IMG/VR virus record: IMGVR_UViG_3300025098_000044
Span: 1-59,241 of that record
Reading direction: 5' to 3' (one strand)
Source of the DNA: a virus
Taxonomy: Duplodnaviria > Caudoviricetes
Length of the DNA stretch: 59,241 nt
The translations under genes and the position numbers were made by a program. The notes under the pieces were generated by a model. That model did no database searches. It was not told the origin of the DNA and saw nothing but the letters and a program-made list of their open reading frames with translations. This document shows, piece by piece, positions 1-15,500 of this stretch. Position 1 is the stretch's first letter, and the number at the start of each line of letters is the position of its first letter.

Positions 1-463
1 ATCATGTATGGAGGTGAGGTTTTTTTGTGTGGTATTTAATCGAGTTGCTTCGCAATTGTTAGCGTCTTCAACAAACTTGTAAAAGTTTGATACCGACGGG
101 ATCTTTATCCGTTATTTTAGTCTCTTAAGCTCTGCGATCTTAACAGCCTAAAAACCTCCCCACTAAGCAAAAGCCTTTTTGAATAGGTCTTGGGGTTATA
201 GGGGGTAAGCGACGACTCGAGCCACATGCAGACTATGAGTCCGCACACCAACATGACGCAAGTCGTTGATGCTCAAGCACAACATTGACATTGACATCAG
301 TGTTGACCTTGACTTGACCCTCATCAGTCCTGATCTGACCCAAGACACCACCCCTATCCCCCGAGGTACCAACACTATCATCAGCCTCGATATTGAGTAT
401 ATATAGTATAAGGTAGTAGGTATCCTTTAGGCTTTTGATTACCAGCTCAGATTTTGGATGATA

Positions 464-501
464 TACAACCGATAGACCCCCCTATGGGGATGGGGTACCC
501 T
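464..501 (+). promoter_or_regulatory. Phage late promoter (motif TACAACCGAT + -10 TACCCT) for the terminase operon
   Basis: Same motif and 32-nt offset to a TAnnnT box as seven other sites upstream of virion genes; here followed by a short leader with AGGGA before ATG 534. Confidence 0.65.
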
Positions 502-533
502 AAAACGAAATTAAATGTAATTAGGGAACCCAT

Positions 534-932
534 ATGGCAAAAAAACCTAGCAGAAAATATATGCAAGAAGATATCCACCGTTTTATGGAGGAGGATGACT
601 TCGCAAGTGCAGCTAATGTTCTAAGAACTGGCATGAAAGCCACCCATACCGTCCGTCGGAACCGCGAAGGCGGTGAAAGAGGGGTAGAATATGAGGAAGT
701 TGCCGACCATAGTACAAGATTAGCAGCTGCCCGACTCACATTGGAGTACGGATTCGGGAAACCAGCCACCAGACACGACATTACAATGACCAAAGAGACA
801 ACGACCACCGTAACACCGGCCGAAGTCATGCTCAGATTGAAGGAATCCGGTCAAGATTTGGCCGAAATTATCGATGTTTACTCTGAAGCAGTGAAAGAAG
901 CCCCAATAGAGATCGAAAATGGACGCGAATAG
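534..932 (+). CDS. Probable terminase small subunit
   Basis: 132-aa helical protein at the head of the late operon, upstream of TerL; RLAAARLTLEYGFGKP segment resembles phage TerS-like proteins. Confidence 0.5.
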   Translation: MAKKPSRKYMQEDIHRFMEEDDFASAANVLRTGMKATHTVRRNREGGERGVEYEEVADHSTRLAAARLTLEYGFGKPATRHDITMTKETTTTVTPAEVMLRLKESGQDLAEIIDVYSEAVKEAPIEIENGRE

Positions 933-1428
933 CCTTAAAAATTATTTTGATGTGTTGGAAGAGGCCGGAAAGAGGGGCGATTTTATGGATAAACACGCCC
1001 ATCCACAGCCCTACCAACCTCAAACTGTTCAGCTAAGGCCGGATAGCGAGATGCCCGAACCTTTTCACGGAAAACCCATCGAACTAGACGAATTCGGCTT
1101 AGCACCCCAAATGCTGGCTTTTGAAGGCGGGTTGGAGTTTGAGGATAATTATGTCCCACCATTAGAATTCGAAGACGGGCCAGAAACTCCCGTTTACGAT
1201 GTAGAGCCCCAAGCTCAACCTCAACCCCAAGGTTCATTTAGTATGGGTGGCGTAGATTACAAAATAATCAACGGAAAATGGACCGCTTTAAAACCCGACG
1301 GCACTCCTATGAGTCCAGGCGAGATGTACCAACACACAAGTCAAATGCACAAAAACCCCGGTCATGTAACCGGTAAACCACTTTTACCCTCCAAGCTGTT
1401 TCAAAAACCCACAATAGCACAACGATGA
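919..1428 (+). CDS. Hypothetical protein (Pro/Gln-rich, 169 aa)
   Basis: Overlaps neighbouring genes on both sides in the late operon. Confidence 0.7.
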   Translation: MDANSLKNYFDVLEEAGKRGDFMDKHAHPQPYQPQTVQLRPDSEMPEPFHGKPIELDEFGLAPQMLAFEGGLEFEDNYVPPLEFEDGPETPVYDVEPQAQPQPQGSFSMGGVDYKIINGKWTALKPDGTPMSPGEMYQHTSQMHKNPGHVTGKPLLPSKLFQKPTIAQR

Positions 1429-1616
1429 CTAAAGAAATAAAAACACCCGAAGAGCAGTTTGAGCATGAATTATCTAATGTTTTCGTTCGCTGGTGGGAGG
1501 AATCCGACCTCGACGAGCTTGATATGTCTCAAATTGCAATAGAAGTAGTGGAACGCTTTTGCGACACCACCGTAGAATTCGAATCAGACATCGATCTGAG
1601 CGACATGGAAGAATAA
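1425..1616 (+). CDS. Small acidic hypothetical protein
   Basis: ATGA coupling with upstream gene; 63 aa, very D/E-rich. Confidence 0.7.
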   Translation: MTKEIKTPEEQFEHELSNVFVRWWEESDLDELDMSQIAIEVVERFCDTTVEFESDIDLSDMEE

Positions 1617-1620
1617 GTAG

Positions 1621-1758
1621 ATGCCCGCAAAAAAGAGAAAATCTAGTAAAAAAGACCCTTGTTGGAAGGGGTATAAAGCAATCGGTATGAAAAGTAAGGG
1701 CGGTAGAAAAGTCCCTAACTGCGTACCTAACAAATCAAAAGGGAGGAGTAAACGATGA
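1621..1758 (+). CDS. 45-aa basic protein with CWKGY...PNCVP motif (absent from ORF track)
   Basis: Translated by hand: MPAKKRKSSKKDPCWKGYKAIGMKSKGGRKVPNCVPNKSKGRSKR; motif recalled from aquatic phage proteins. Confidence 0.75.
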   Translation: MPAKKRKSSKKDPCWKGYKAIGMKSKGGRKVPNCVPNKSKGRSKR

Positions 1759-1820
1759 CTCATTGCGGAACAAAGCGAAAGAAGAAAACCAAAAAGAAAA
1801 AAGGTTATGGCAGCAAGTAA
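1755..1820 (+). CDS. 21-aa Lys-rich peptide (absent from ORF track)
   Basis: MTHCGTKRKKKTKKKKGYGSK; GGGAGGAG SD upstream and ATGA overlap with previous stop. Confidence 0.5.
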   Translation: MTHCGTKRKKKTKKKKGYGSK

Positions 1821-2082
1821 AAGAAAGCCCAGTAAGCGCATACCTAAGACCACTAAGGGTAAAGGAGCGAATTACCGCACCGCAAAAGCTGGTGCTGGTA
1901 TGACAAAAAAAGGGGTAGCGGCGTATCGTAAAGCTAATCCCGGTTCCAAGCTAAAAACTGCGGTTACAGGTAAAGTCAAAAAGGGAAGTAAAGCGGCCAA
2001 ACGCCGTAAAGCATTTTGCGCAAGATCTAAGAGTTGGAATGGTGAAAGAGGCAAAGCCGCTCGCCGTCGCTGGAAGTGTTGA
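1807..2082 (+). CDS. Highly basic 91-aa phage protein (DUF6321-like)
   Basis: GMTKKGVAAYRKANPGSKLKTAVT...RRKAFCAR...RRRWKC pattern; almost no acidic residues. Confidence 0.75.
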   Translation: MAASKRKPSKRIPKTTKGKGANYRTAKAGAGMTKKGVAAYRKANPGSKLKTAVTGKVKKGSKAAKRRKAFCARSKSWNGERGKAARRRWKC

Positions 2083-3839
2083 TGACCGAAAAAGAGCACC
2101 AAATTCAGGACTTAATTCGCATAGATCCAGAGGTGTGGTTTTCTACATTTGCGGTTATTAAGGACAAAAGGGGTAAGGATATTAAACCTAAAGCGAACAC
2201 GCTTCAAAAGCGTATGTTTGCTCATTATAGAAAGTGTCAATTAGAGCAAAAACCATGCAAAATGATCATATTAAAGCCTCGTCAGAAGGGGGCGAGCACA
2301 TGCGCTCAAGCTCTGACATACCACCACATGAGGAAGCACGAGAATTTAGCGGGCTCACTGATGGGGGATATAGCGGGAACCTCGGACAAGGTTTTCGAGA
2401 TTTACCGGAGATATGCGGAAAACGACGAGTTCCCCTGGAACGATACAGGAACAAACCTCGAGGACGGTGGAAGTCTCGCAGACGCGATCAAGCTGATCAG
2501 CAAAAGCGTCTACGGAAAAGAAACCGCCGGATCGAAAAACGCAGGTCGAAGTGGAACGATTCAGGTAGGTAACATGACCGAGGTTGCTTTCTGGCCGAAT
2601 ACTGGCCAAAAAGACCCAGCTCTTGGTTATCTACAATCTTTGTACGACGGTGACAATGTATCTTTGGTTGTTGCCGACTCTACACCAAATGGCCCAGCTG
2701 GTTGGTTTTACAATACATGGATTCAAGACAATGAATGGGCGAAGATATTCGCCGCATGGTGGGAGTTCGAAGATTCCGAAATTCCTTTCAAATCCGAAGA
2801 AGAGCTTCAGGATTTCAAGGATACCATGACCGATGATGAAAAGTCCGAAGTCGAGCGTTTCGATGTAAATTGGGAGCAGATGCATTGGAGAAGGAGAACT
2901 CTTCAGGACAAATGTAATGGTGATGTTTCTAAGTTCCGACAGGAGTACCCGTCCGATCCCGAAGAATGTTTCTTAATGTCATCCCGACCTCGCTTTCAAA
3001 TGGAAGTATTAAAGGAAATGGCTGATGCGGCGGAGAAACAGCATTTCAGAACAGGAAATCTGTCCCTACAAGATAACGGGTCAGTTTCATTCAATTTAGA
3101 TAGAGTAGGTGGGTGGAATATTTACGATGAGCCTGAGACCGACTCTAAGTACATAATAGGAGTGGACACTTGCACTGGTGAGGATCAGCAAATGCAGGGT
3201 CTTGCAGCCGATCCCGACTACCATTCCGTTCAGGTTTGGAAAGCTCCTTATGAGGATTGGCACGGTGATTGGCATGTAGCCCGTATGGTAGCTGTACATC
3301 ACTCCCGTGTGGATATCGGAGTATTAGCCGAAGAGATCCAGGCGGCAGCCCAATGGTACGGAGGTGCTTTTGTTGTACCCGAAGTCAACAACAGCGGTCT
3401 TGCTATAATTAAATATCTGCTTGAGGCGGGTGTGCATGTTTACCAAAGGCGAAAAGTAAACAACTCCACCGGTATGGTTGAAAAGTTCTACGGTTGGCAG
3501 ACTGATAAAATCACCCGAAAGACGGTAATTGACCATATGGCATCGGAATTGATGGATAGGAATTTTGATATTCCCGATAAAGGGATACTCCAGGAGATGA
3601 AGGTATTCGTTATTAACGATAAAGGTAAACCCGAAGCCGCTCCTGGTCACCACGACGATCATGTATTAGCCGCCGCACTTTGCTTATATAACATGGAGTC
3701 CGCTTCCACATTCAAAGGCCCGAAGAAGAAACAGATCACAAACCGGATGCTTCGTAAAAACCCAAGTTTGATGTGTCCCGATGGTTTTATGAGGGTTCCT
3801 TTAGGATCTATTAAACATAATTACAAGCGGTTGAGGTAG
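2082..3839 (+). CDS. terL: Terminase large subunit
   Basis: Walker A ILKPRQKGAST, Walker B-like VGNMTEVAFW, coupling motif DSTPNG, FRQEYP, RNase H nuclease IIGVDT...EVNN...HDDHV; start placed at ATG 2082, which overlaps the upstream TGA. Confidence 0.93.
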   Translation: MTEKEHQIQDLIRIDPEVWFSTFAVIKDKRGKDIKPKANTLQKRMFAHYRKCQLEQKPCKMIILKPRQKGASTCAQALTYHHMRKHENLAGSLMGDIAGTSDKVFEIYRRYAENDEFPWNDTGTNLEDGGSLADAIKLISKSVYGKETAGSKNAGRSGTIQVGNMTEVAFWPNTGQKDPALGYLQSLYDGDNVSLVVADSTPNGPAGWFYNTWIQDNEWAKIFAAWWEFEDSEIPFKSEEELQDFKDTMTDDEKSEVERFDVNWEQMHWRRRTLQDKCNGDVSKFRQEYPSDPEECFLMSSRPRFQMEVLKEMADAAEKQHFRTGNLSLQDNGSVSFNLDRVGGWNIYDEPETDSKYIIGVDTCTGEDQQMQGLAADPDYHSVQVWKAPYEDWHGDWHVARMVAVHHSRVDIGVLAEEIQAAAQWYGGAFVVPEVNNSGLAIIKYLLEAGVHVYQRRKVNNSTGMVEKFYGWQTDKITRKTVIDHMASELMDRNFDIPDKGILQEMKVFVINDKGKPEAAPGHHDDHVLAAALCLYNMESASTFKGPKKKQITNRMLRKNPSLMCPDGFMRVPLGSIKHNYKRLR

Positions 3840-3859
3840 TAAATAATTAAAATTAAGGT
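3822..3859 (+). promoter_or_regulatory. Late promoter (TACAAGCGGT ... TAAGGT), leaderless start at 3866
   Basis: Motif 44 nt before ATG; -10 box ends 6 nt before ATG. Confidence 0.7.
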
Positions 3860-3865
3860 AATCCA

Positions 3866-6511
<2,646 letters not shown>

Positions 6512-6516
6512 ATTAA

Positions 6517-9500
6517 ATGGGAGCTCTCGATGATCTAGATCTCGGCAAGGACCAGTACCAACCCGAGAAAGAACAGGACGATTTAGGTTTTAAAAATTAT
6601 CAAAGACCTCTTCGACCACAGCCTTTGCATGGCGAAATTCAGCGTTATGAGGATCCTGTCCCGCAAGAGCTTCCTCAACAACAGAGGCAGGCTTATAAAG
6701 ATATACAAACATTTGAAAACGACCTCAAAACTCTTAGTGACGGTGTCAAACGATACAAAAGTATATCCGAAACAAAAGAGCAGGCTTTAAATGATTTTTA
6801 CTCAACTAAGTTTAGCCCGTATTTCGACGAGAGCTACGCCGAAGATTTTAATGTAGTAGGTGGTGAGACTTTTAAGAGCTCCGACTTCTCTACTACAAAG
6901 TTCGATCAAGTAGACAAAGCATTTGATGCAATAGGCCGTGATTATGCCGATATTGAAGCTAGAGTAGCCGAAGGTGATACTAAATGGTTTGGTGACGATA
7001 CGGCTTTTCTTAGAGCACAGCAAAAACTTAAAGGTAAGAAAAGGTTTGAATTAATAAAAGCAAAGCATGACCGTATGCGTAAAGATTACGACCATGCTTT
7101 TAGAGCTCATGAGAATTCAGTAGCTCGAAAGAAAGGGATGACCGACGCATTTACAAGTTTGCCCCTTGGTATGCGAGAAGCTGCAAATAAGTGGAAGGAA
7201 GAAAACCCGGGAAAGAATCTTTCCGCCGATTCAATTAATAAACTTTTAGATTCCACTAAATTCGAAGATCCGAAGTATTCTCCTATGGGTCTGCTTTTAA
7301 ACCAGGACAAGGTTGATCCTAGAACTAACCTGGTTATGCACAAGGGTAACCGGGAAGAGGAACAACATCAAAAGCTCCAAGGTCGCAGGTTGGCGGCTGT
7401 AAAGAAAGAAGGTAAAGCCGCACTTGCAAGAGATATAAAAACTTTTGACCAGGAGACAAAGTTACGCGATCGGGGTTTAATGTATTCCGTTTTAGGTCGG
7501 TTAGCTAACCACTCAATCTATCTTAGTAAGGCAGAGAAAGAGGCGTTGCATATAGATAAATTAAAGAAAGACGGCTTTAATCAATATAAAGGTGTAGATA
7601 TAGCTAGTGCACAAGAAGCTCTTGGTGGGGAAGATCGTGTAATTGCAGCTAAAGCTATTGAGAATTTCGGTGAGGCTTTTACTAGCTTACAAGAAGCCGA
7701 AGTAAACTACGCTAAAAACAAGGAATCAAAAGGTATATCTAAAGCCAAAGAGATACGCGATCTTGCTCAACTTAATTATGATGAAGCTGTAAAATCCGTA
7801 ACTCAACTTGGGTTTTCAAAAGAGCTTTTAAAAAGGGGTCGCTCTAAGAGTTATTTTGGGCATCTCCGAGATTCTGCTACCAGAGGTAGTCTTTTGGATG
7901 ACGCCTCAGAGTTCGCTTTTGCATTGGACGGCTGGCAGGAATTTGGAACGGATAAAGCTTCCGAATTAATTTCTATAATGGAGCAAATGGAATCTCTCGA
8001 AGGTTCTCACGCTTTTAAAAAATTCGGCATGGCAGAATCCGAAGGACTGCTTGAAGCCTTCGGAAACCTATTTAGTAACTTTGAAGCAATACCCGAGCTT
8101 ATCACCGAAACTATCGTAGGTTTTGGTAGCTCATACTTTGATGCCGAAAGATTAGGGGCTACAGTAGGTGTGGGAGCTGGTACCGGTTTAGCCATAGGAT
8201 CTGCTGGGTTTAACCCGCTTACAGCCGGTGGAGGGGCCGCAACAGGTGCTTTATGGGGTGCCAGAATAAACGCGGGACTTGCTTCATTTGTAATGGAGTA
8301 TGTCGGGGAATTTCTCGGAGAATTAGATAAAGAGGGTGTAGATTGGCGTAATCCAAATGTATTAGTCGCGGCAGTTAACAATCCCGCATTAATGGATAAG
8401 GTCAGAGAGAAAGCTAGGACTAAATCGGGTACGGTTGCATTCTTTGATTTAGTAGCCGCCGGTATAGCTGGTAGGACGAATAGGTTGGTTAAAAAACCGT
8501 CCGCTATGAAAAAACTGCCTAAAGGTATTAAAGCTTTTAGACAAGAATTAGACGGAGCGGCTCATGCAAGTTGGTTTAGAAATTTAGCCGCCGGAGGTGC
8601 TGAGCTTGCCGTTCAGGGATCTCTCGGGGGTATGGGTGAGGGCTTTGGTCAATTACTTACTTTAGACCCAGGTGAAGAGATTGACTGGGATGCTATAGCG
8701 GCTGAAATCGGAATCGAAATGGTTGGCCCAGGTGGTATCGGTTTAGGTATTAATTCAATATCCGCAAAAAGCCGTGGACTGTTCGGCGATTTCGGAATGG
8801 AAGACATTAGTGGCGCAAGTGAGACTGTAATTAATCAAGGTAATACTGAGACCGAATACGGCCGTTTAGAACAAGTCGATAGGGCTGGGTGGAAACATGA
8901 AAGAAGACGGTTTAATACTTCCGAAGGTTTCATGCAAGCCTTGCAGGAGGTAGAAGGTTTTGATCCAAACTCTGCCAGTGGTTGGTTAATATCCCGTATT
9001 GCTGGTTTTGCGTATGGTATGGAAAAAAGAAACCTCGGCTTGGTTATTTCCGATAGAACCCCTTTTAGAAATTCAAAGACCAGGGGTGCTTATCAAGACG
9101 GTGTCGTCTATGTAAATACAAAAGCATTAAAAGACGGAGCTTCAACTAACTTAGTTTTACTACACGAGCTTGGCCACTTCATGCAGGATATGTTCTTCTC
9201 CGATCCCGCAAGTGTCGAGAATTTATACAACAGCCATCACGCCGGTAATGACGAAGTTCAAACCGCCGAAAACAAACTACTATCATGGGCACAGTATGTA
9301 TTAGGTAAAAGAGTCACCGATCTATCTGAACTCTCCCCTAGTGAGTTGAAGATGGCAAAAGACAAATTTCAAAACACTCCCGATAATGTGATTAGGGCAG
9401 AGTGGTTTACTACACAGTTTGGATTAGCTCTTGCGCAGGAATCCGGACTTGCATCGAGTGACAAACTTTCAAAAGAAATAAAGGTAGCCACTAAGAATTT

Positions 9501-12500
9501 CCTTAAAGCTATATTCGAAGGCCAAGATGAGGCTCTAGGACAATTCTTTCCTAACGCAGATGCTAATGTAGCTGGCGTAGAGGCTAGGATGTTAATGCTA
9601 GAAGCGCTCGGTTTTAATCCAAGAGATTTAACACACAACAGAGAAGAGCAATTCAGCAGATCGGGGCCTGATGCGATAGACTTAGACAGTCAAAGAAGCA
9701 CCTTCACAGTCAATATTGCGAACATTAAAAACTGGTCTCAACAGGCTAAGGATTTATATGCCAGACTGCTAGGTTTTGATAACTTTAAATCTCTTCCTAA
9801 TGAGTATAAAAACCCTCGCTATGGTAAAACTCAGGAGGTTATGGAGAAAGGCGGTGTTACCGAAACAACCGCCGATGTCGATCTTTTAGATCCTTCTTTC
9901 CAATCTAAATTTGATCAGGGTAAAGCAACCGAAACTCAGGAGGGTGGCACCGGTTTACGAGAAGCACTGTCTCCCGAAAAGCCCGAAAGCTCAACAACAA
10001 GAGCCGCTAAAGATGCGGCTAAGGTAGCAAGCAAAGCTAGGGTAACTGATGACGAGTTAGAAGAGCTCGGAATGACCCGTAAAGCATACGAAGAGCAAGC
10101 CGCGAAAAACGAGTTAAATCCAGGTAACACAGAGTACGCTAAAGATCTTTTAGAAAGAAGGGGTTTAGCTCCGCCGAGCAAGAAAGAAGTACAAGCCGAG
10201 AAGACCAAGAAATTAGAAGAAACCGCCAAAGAAGGTAAACTTACTAAAGGTGCCGAAAAGGTAATTGCCGATTCTGAAAAAAGCAAAGACAAGGTTAAGC
10301 CCGAAGCTAAGCCCGATCCAGAAGCCGCTGAGAAAGTAAAGAAAGCAAAAGCCAGAAGAGAATCAGCTTCTAAAACAAAAATAGCAATAGGTAAGAATCC
10401 CGAAGAATTAAAGGACACTCCTAAGAAAGAAGAAAGCACCGAAGAGGGGAAGCCCACACCAAGCGGTAAGTTTGACGAAAAGTTCGAAGAAGAGAGTTTA
10501 AAAAAGCTAGATCCACTTATTGAGCCTGCCCCAAAATCGGAAGACCAAGAAGCGAACGAAAAACTTCTCGAAGAAAAGGCGAAGGCTTATAAGGCTAAAA
10601 AAGCCGAAGAAGAAGTCGACGCTAAAACCGAATCTGAGGGATCCGCAAATGACTTCGAACTTAAAGCCAGGGCTAAGCTGGAAGGTCTGTTAAGTAAAAA
10701 CAATGCAGATTTTACTTACGAATATAAAAAAGCATCGAATGCCCTATTAAAAGAAAATAAATACCCAACTGCTTCCAGAATATTCTTTAAGATGTTGTCG
10801 GATATCGCCGGTGACGAGACTGTTCTTATAGATGAAACACCCGCTTTACAGGCCGCTATAAAAGAAGTCATAGGTAGTCCGTTAATAAGGCCAGGCAAAG
10901 AGGCAATTAATAAACTAATTACAATTCTAGAATCAGCGGTAAATGAGGATTTTAATCATTTAGCGAATAAAGAATTAAAAGTAGACGGTGTATTAATGCC
11001 CTTCGGAGTTCACCCTTTAGCAGATGTCGATTACGACAGAATTGAAATGGGTATACCCCGTTTGGCTATGAATTTTAGCACAAAGAATGGAGCTAAAAGA
11101 GACGATGTAAAAGGTGAGACTACGATGGAGTGGATTAAAAACGGTCAAAGAACCGCAACCACAAGAACAGAGGCTCAGGTCAGGGGTGTTAAACAAGGCG
11201 ATATAATTGAGTTTTACGATGGTAAAGAAACCGTATTAGTAAAAGTAACGCACGATCCTTATAGAGTTAATCACGAGACAATTTCCGAGGGTATGTGGAG
11301 TCGTTATGAAGGTTGGCACCAAGACATGTATAAACAAGTCATAAACGCCGATAAACCCAGATTCCAGTTTAGGTATAGACTTTTAAATAAAGAAGAAACT
11401 GAAGCAGCTAGAAAAGCTCCAATAAAATTAGAACTTAAAGAACACATCGGCCAGGAGGGTCAATATGTTAACTTTAGAAGAAGGAGCCAGAAAGCTCATC
11501 AAAGAGACACCTCATCATCTTTATACGCTTATAAAATAGTTAAGAATCGTAAAAGGTATAACGACGAATCAGCTTTTACTTTAGCAGCCGCATTGCAAAG
11601 ACTCATCGGTGAAACTCAAGATATATCAGATTATTTGTACGGTGTTCAAAGCGTAGCTGGTGAGTTTATAGACAAGAAAGATTTAGAATACGACAGCTCC
11701 GTTATAGCCGAAATGGCTGAAGTTTTCGAGTCTCCTCTAAAAGATAAAAACAATCCCGAAGGTACTACTTTAAAGGAAAAACAAGATAAAATTCAGTCAT
11801 TAAATCAAAAATTAACTTCTTTTTCTATACAGTTAGCAAAAGCAGCTTCAGATTGGAAAGAGTCGCACGACCCTAAAAAACCTTCAGAGGTTGCTTATTT
11901 AAAAAGAATGGAGGCAGCTCTTGAAACTCTTAAGAAAGATTACGGGGGGAGTAAAACTGAAAAAGAAGCTAAAGTCAGAATGGCTCAAATAGAGCGAAGT
12001 CTGAAACATATTGAGCTAGCTGAACAAAAATTTCGTAGAGATACTAAAAAAGATCCGTATGAAGTTGAACTAGTTCCTGTAAATAAAGAAGACGCAATAG
12101 AAAACGGTATCAACTGGTTAGATCTACCCGTGGGTTCTTTGCTATCCCGTGATAAGAAAAAAGGTCTTTGGAACCCATTCAGTTTAGATAATGATCTTCA
12201 AACTCTTTTCGGAGGTAAGGTTTACAAAAATAGAAACGGCGAAGTTCAAAGCCAATATATGACCGTACTCGGGGCTATGGTTGGTAAAAAGAAGATGAAA
12301 CTTTCATCCGGTGGTAAATTGGCTCAAGAAGGTAGCCCAAACAGAGAATCAGTCATGATGACCGATTATGTTTCTCTTTCTCAGGAGAACAGACTCGCCG
12401 CCCTCAGAAGAATGTTCGCAAAAGCAAAAGATGGGAAACAGCGTGTAAAACTTAAAAAACAGATTGAAGAGTTACAAAAGAAACAGCGAGAAGCCGACAG

Positions 12501-15500
12501 GGTTGGTTCTTTAAATACTAAATACCCACCTAAGAAAAACGATAACAACGCGCACATGATATCGTGGGAAGATTCTCTTAAAATCTATAACATGATAAAG
12601 CAGAGTTTCGAAACCACCGAAACACCGGCTGGTGCCGCCGTAGCTGCCGCCCAAACAAGATTGAAAGATCTGATGGATAAAGCATTCGAAGACATAGATG
12701 ATCAACGGGGCTTCCACAATACTACTTTAAAATCCGTAAGTCCTCTTGGAGCTTTATTTAAAAAGATCAGAGAACAGACCGAAGCAATAGACACCGATTT
12801 AAAACCACCCGCATTTGGGGACGACATCGGTGATTACATATCCGCCATTATTTCAGACCAACATGAATCACTAGGCTACGAGTATAAACAAAAACTGTAC
12901 CACGATTTCGTAAGAAGGTTGTACGAAGGTGACGCCGCTCAATCAAAGAAATCCTCCGAGCAGTTAGACCGTCTTAAGAACTCTGAGCCTGTCTTCAATA
13001 TGGTTGAGGATGATTCAAAAGAAACCGAGCTAGAAGACCGTAATAAATACGAAACTACGGCTAAAGAAACCGTGTTTTTAGTAGATGAGAAGGGTAGGGG
13101 TTATACAAGGACTAGAGTTATAGCCACCCCCGAACAAACCGATACTATCTGGGAAGATGAAGCTGCTCAAACGGCTATGACTACTGGTCAAGATCCTAAA
13201 GATGTCGGCGGGACTTCAGAAGCTAAATCATGGATATCTAAAAAAGTAGACCGGTTCGCAAAGTACTTCCCATCTTTATTAAAGGTGAGTATAGAAGAGG
13301 CAGAAAATACACCGAAACCTAGAGACGGAACTAAAGAAGATATGTGGTTACACGGGCTTAAACCCGGTAATAAAAAAGTCGGTTATGACTTTGTTGCAAG
13401 GATTCAAGAGTTTATAAGAACAAAATCAAAATCTAAAGTTGATTTAAGAGATGTTACATTTTTAGGTACAATATTAGAAGGTAAGGCTTTCCCCGAGCTT
13501 AACATCAAAGCCGCTTCTCTTTCTCGCGTAAAAGATATGAGACCCTGGCAGGTCCATAACTTATTACCCGTAGTAATCGCTAATATGGTTGAGCGAAATG
13601 GTCTAGATAATATTACCTCATTACCTAGTAAAAATACAATAGGTGAGATTACCGAAGGTGGTCTTGCAGGTGGTTGGATATTTAAATCAGGTATTCTAGG
13701 TGTTGCGGTAAATCACTACGGTGAAGTGTTTAAAGGTACTAATCGTATAGACGCGGGTATCACTGCAAAAGACTTGCTAGAAAGATCCGGAAAACAATTT
13801 GATGACATCGTAGCAAAATACCAGGCTTTAATAAATGATCCAAATGCCGACAATGTTTACGGCAGAAAGAAAGCTCAATCGGACTTAGAAAAATTGTACA
13901 AAATGTTCGGCGGACCGGTTAACCACTCTTTAGGTATGTTTGCCGAGGAGATAAGAAATGGCGAAGCAAGAGAGCGTTACCAAGCAATGTATTTTGCACA
14001 ATGGATAACTAAGAGAGTGGCCGAGATGGGTGGCCTAGAGTCTTCGTTCGGAGCTAAAGTTTTCGAGGATGCTCAAAACCCAGATGTTCTAACAGAAAGC
14101 CAGGAAAGAGACGCATCCGATAAAGCTAATGACGAAAATGATATGACTTCCGCCAGAGATTTAGCGGACGCTATGTCAGGTCTTAATGAAAAGTCAGAAG
14201 CTAAAACTAATGTAACAACATTAGCAGACACCGTATCGGATCCAGCCGAGAAGGTTATGGAGTCCGAAATAAAATCGGGAGCCTGGGAAGATGTTTATTC
14301 CGTAATAACCATGACCAACGAACAGCTTGTCAAAGACCCTCGATTCATGAGGTTGCTCAAAACAGGCGAAGTTACACCGGACATGGTTCGCAGGATGGCA
14401 GAGCTTACATTCGCAGATTCCTTAAATCAGTTAGGAACTGATGCAGAAGTTACGGCGGCATTGGACGCGATAATGGAAGATAACAAAAAGAAGTATGGGA
14501 AACCAACCGCTTTAGGTTCCGATATTTTGCTTGTTTCCGAGATGCCCGCTTTATTTAGCGAAAGATTTTCAGCGGCAACAAGAGCCGCTCTCGCTGGTGG
14601 TTGGAATAAATTACCCGAAGAATGGAAAAACCAGATGGAGAAGATGTGGTATGGGATTCGTGTAAGAATCTACAACCAGCATATTTCTTTAGAAGAGTTG
14701 TCCACACGGCTTAATAAAGAATTAAAACTTGGCTTCGGTGACACCGCCCGAGACTTCTTTGATGTCATGGGTATTATACTGCCAAGCTATGCAAAGGTTA
14801 AGATAGCCTCTCGTGTATTTGACGCTAAGTATAAGAAACCAATTCTTAATATATTAGAAGAGTATGGGGTTTCTGATAAACAGTTTGGTGAGTATGTTCA
14901 GGCGTTATCCGCAGGCGTTAATAATAGACATATCCGCAAACTTCTAAGTGATGAAAGATCTAAGTTAAAAGAAGATCTAAAAGTAGCCGAAGAAAGTTTA
15001 AAAAACGAAGAAAACAAAGATTATAAAAGTAAAAAAGAATCGGATATAAAAAAGCTCAAAGAGGAAATTGAACACTACGACGAAAGTAACTACAACAATG
15101 CAAATGGTGAGTTTGCAGCTTCGGGATACAGCAATGCAGAAGCTATTGTTCAGATAGAAAAATCATTAAGAGATCCACAGCTTAAAAAAGCGTTAGCTGA
15201 TAAAAGAAATCTAATGGGCTTGTTCCAGCAGATGAATGCATCAACTATCATAACAGCATGGCAGACTGGTCAAATTACACAGGAAGCTATGTTTAAAATG
15301 CTAGCCACTAAATCTCGTGCATCTTCAGCCGACAAACTCGTCGACACGATATTTGACATGCTTGCTCTCAATCCCGAAACGGGGGCTCCATTTAACAGAG
15401 AAGACTTTAAGGACGATATAGAAATTATAAAAAAGACTTGGGCTTCCAAATCTTGGGATCAGCAAAGAACAGAGGAAGGTGATGCAATACCCGACGGTTA

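Noticed and set aside
196-381. 61-aa minus-strand ORF and the many short antisense or alternative-frame ORFs inside large genes (e.g. 9936..10457, 37706..38206, 53501..54058)
   Set aside because: Shadow ORFs of coding strands or of repeats; no motifs, RBS or operon context
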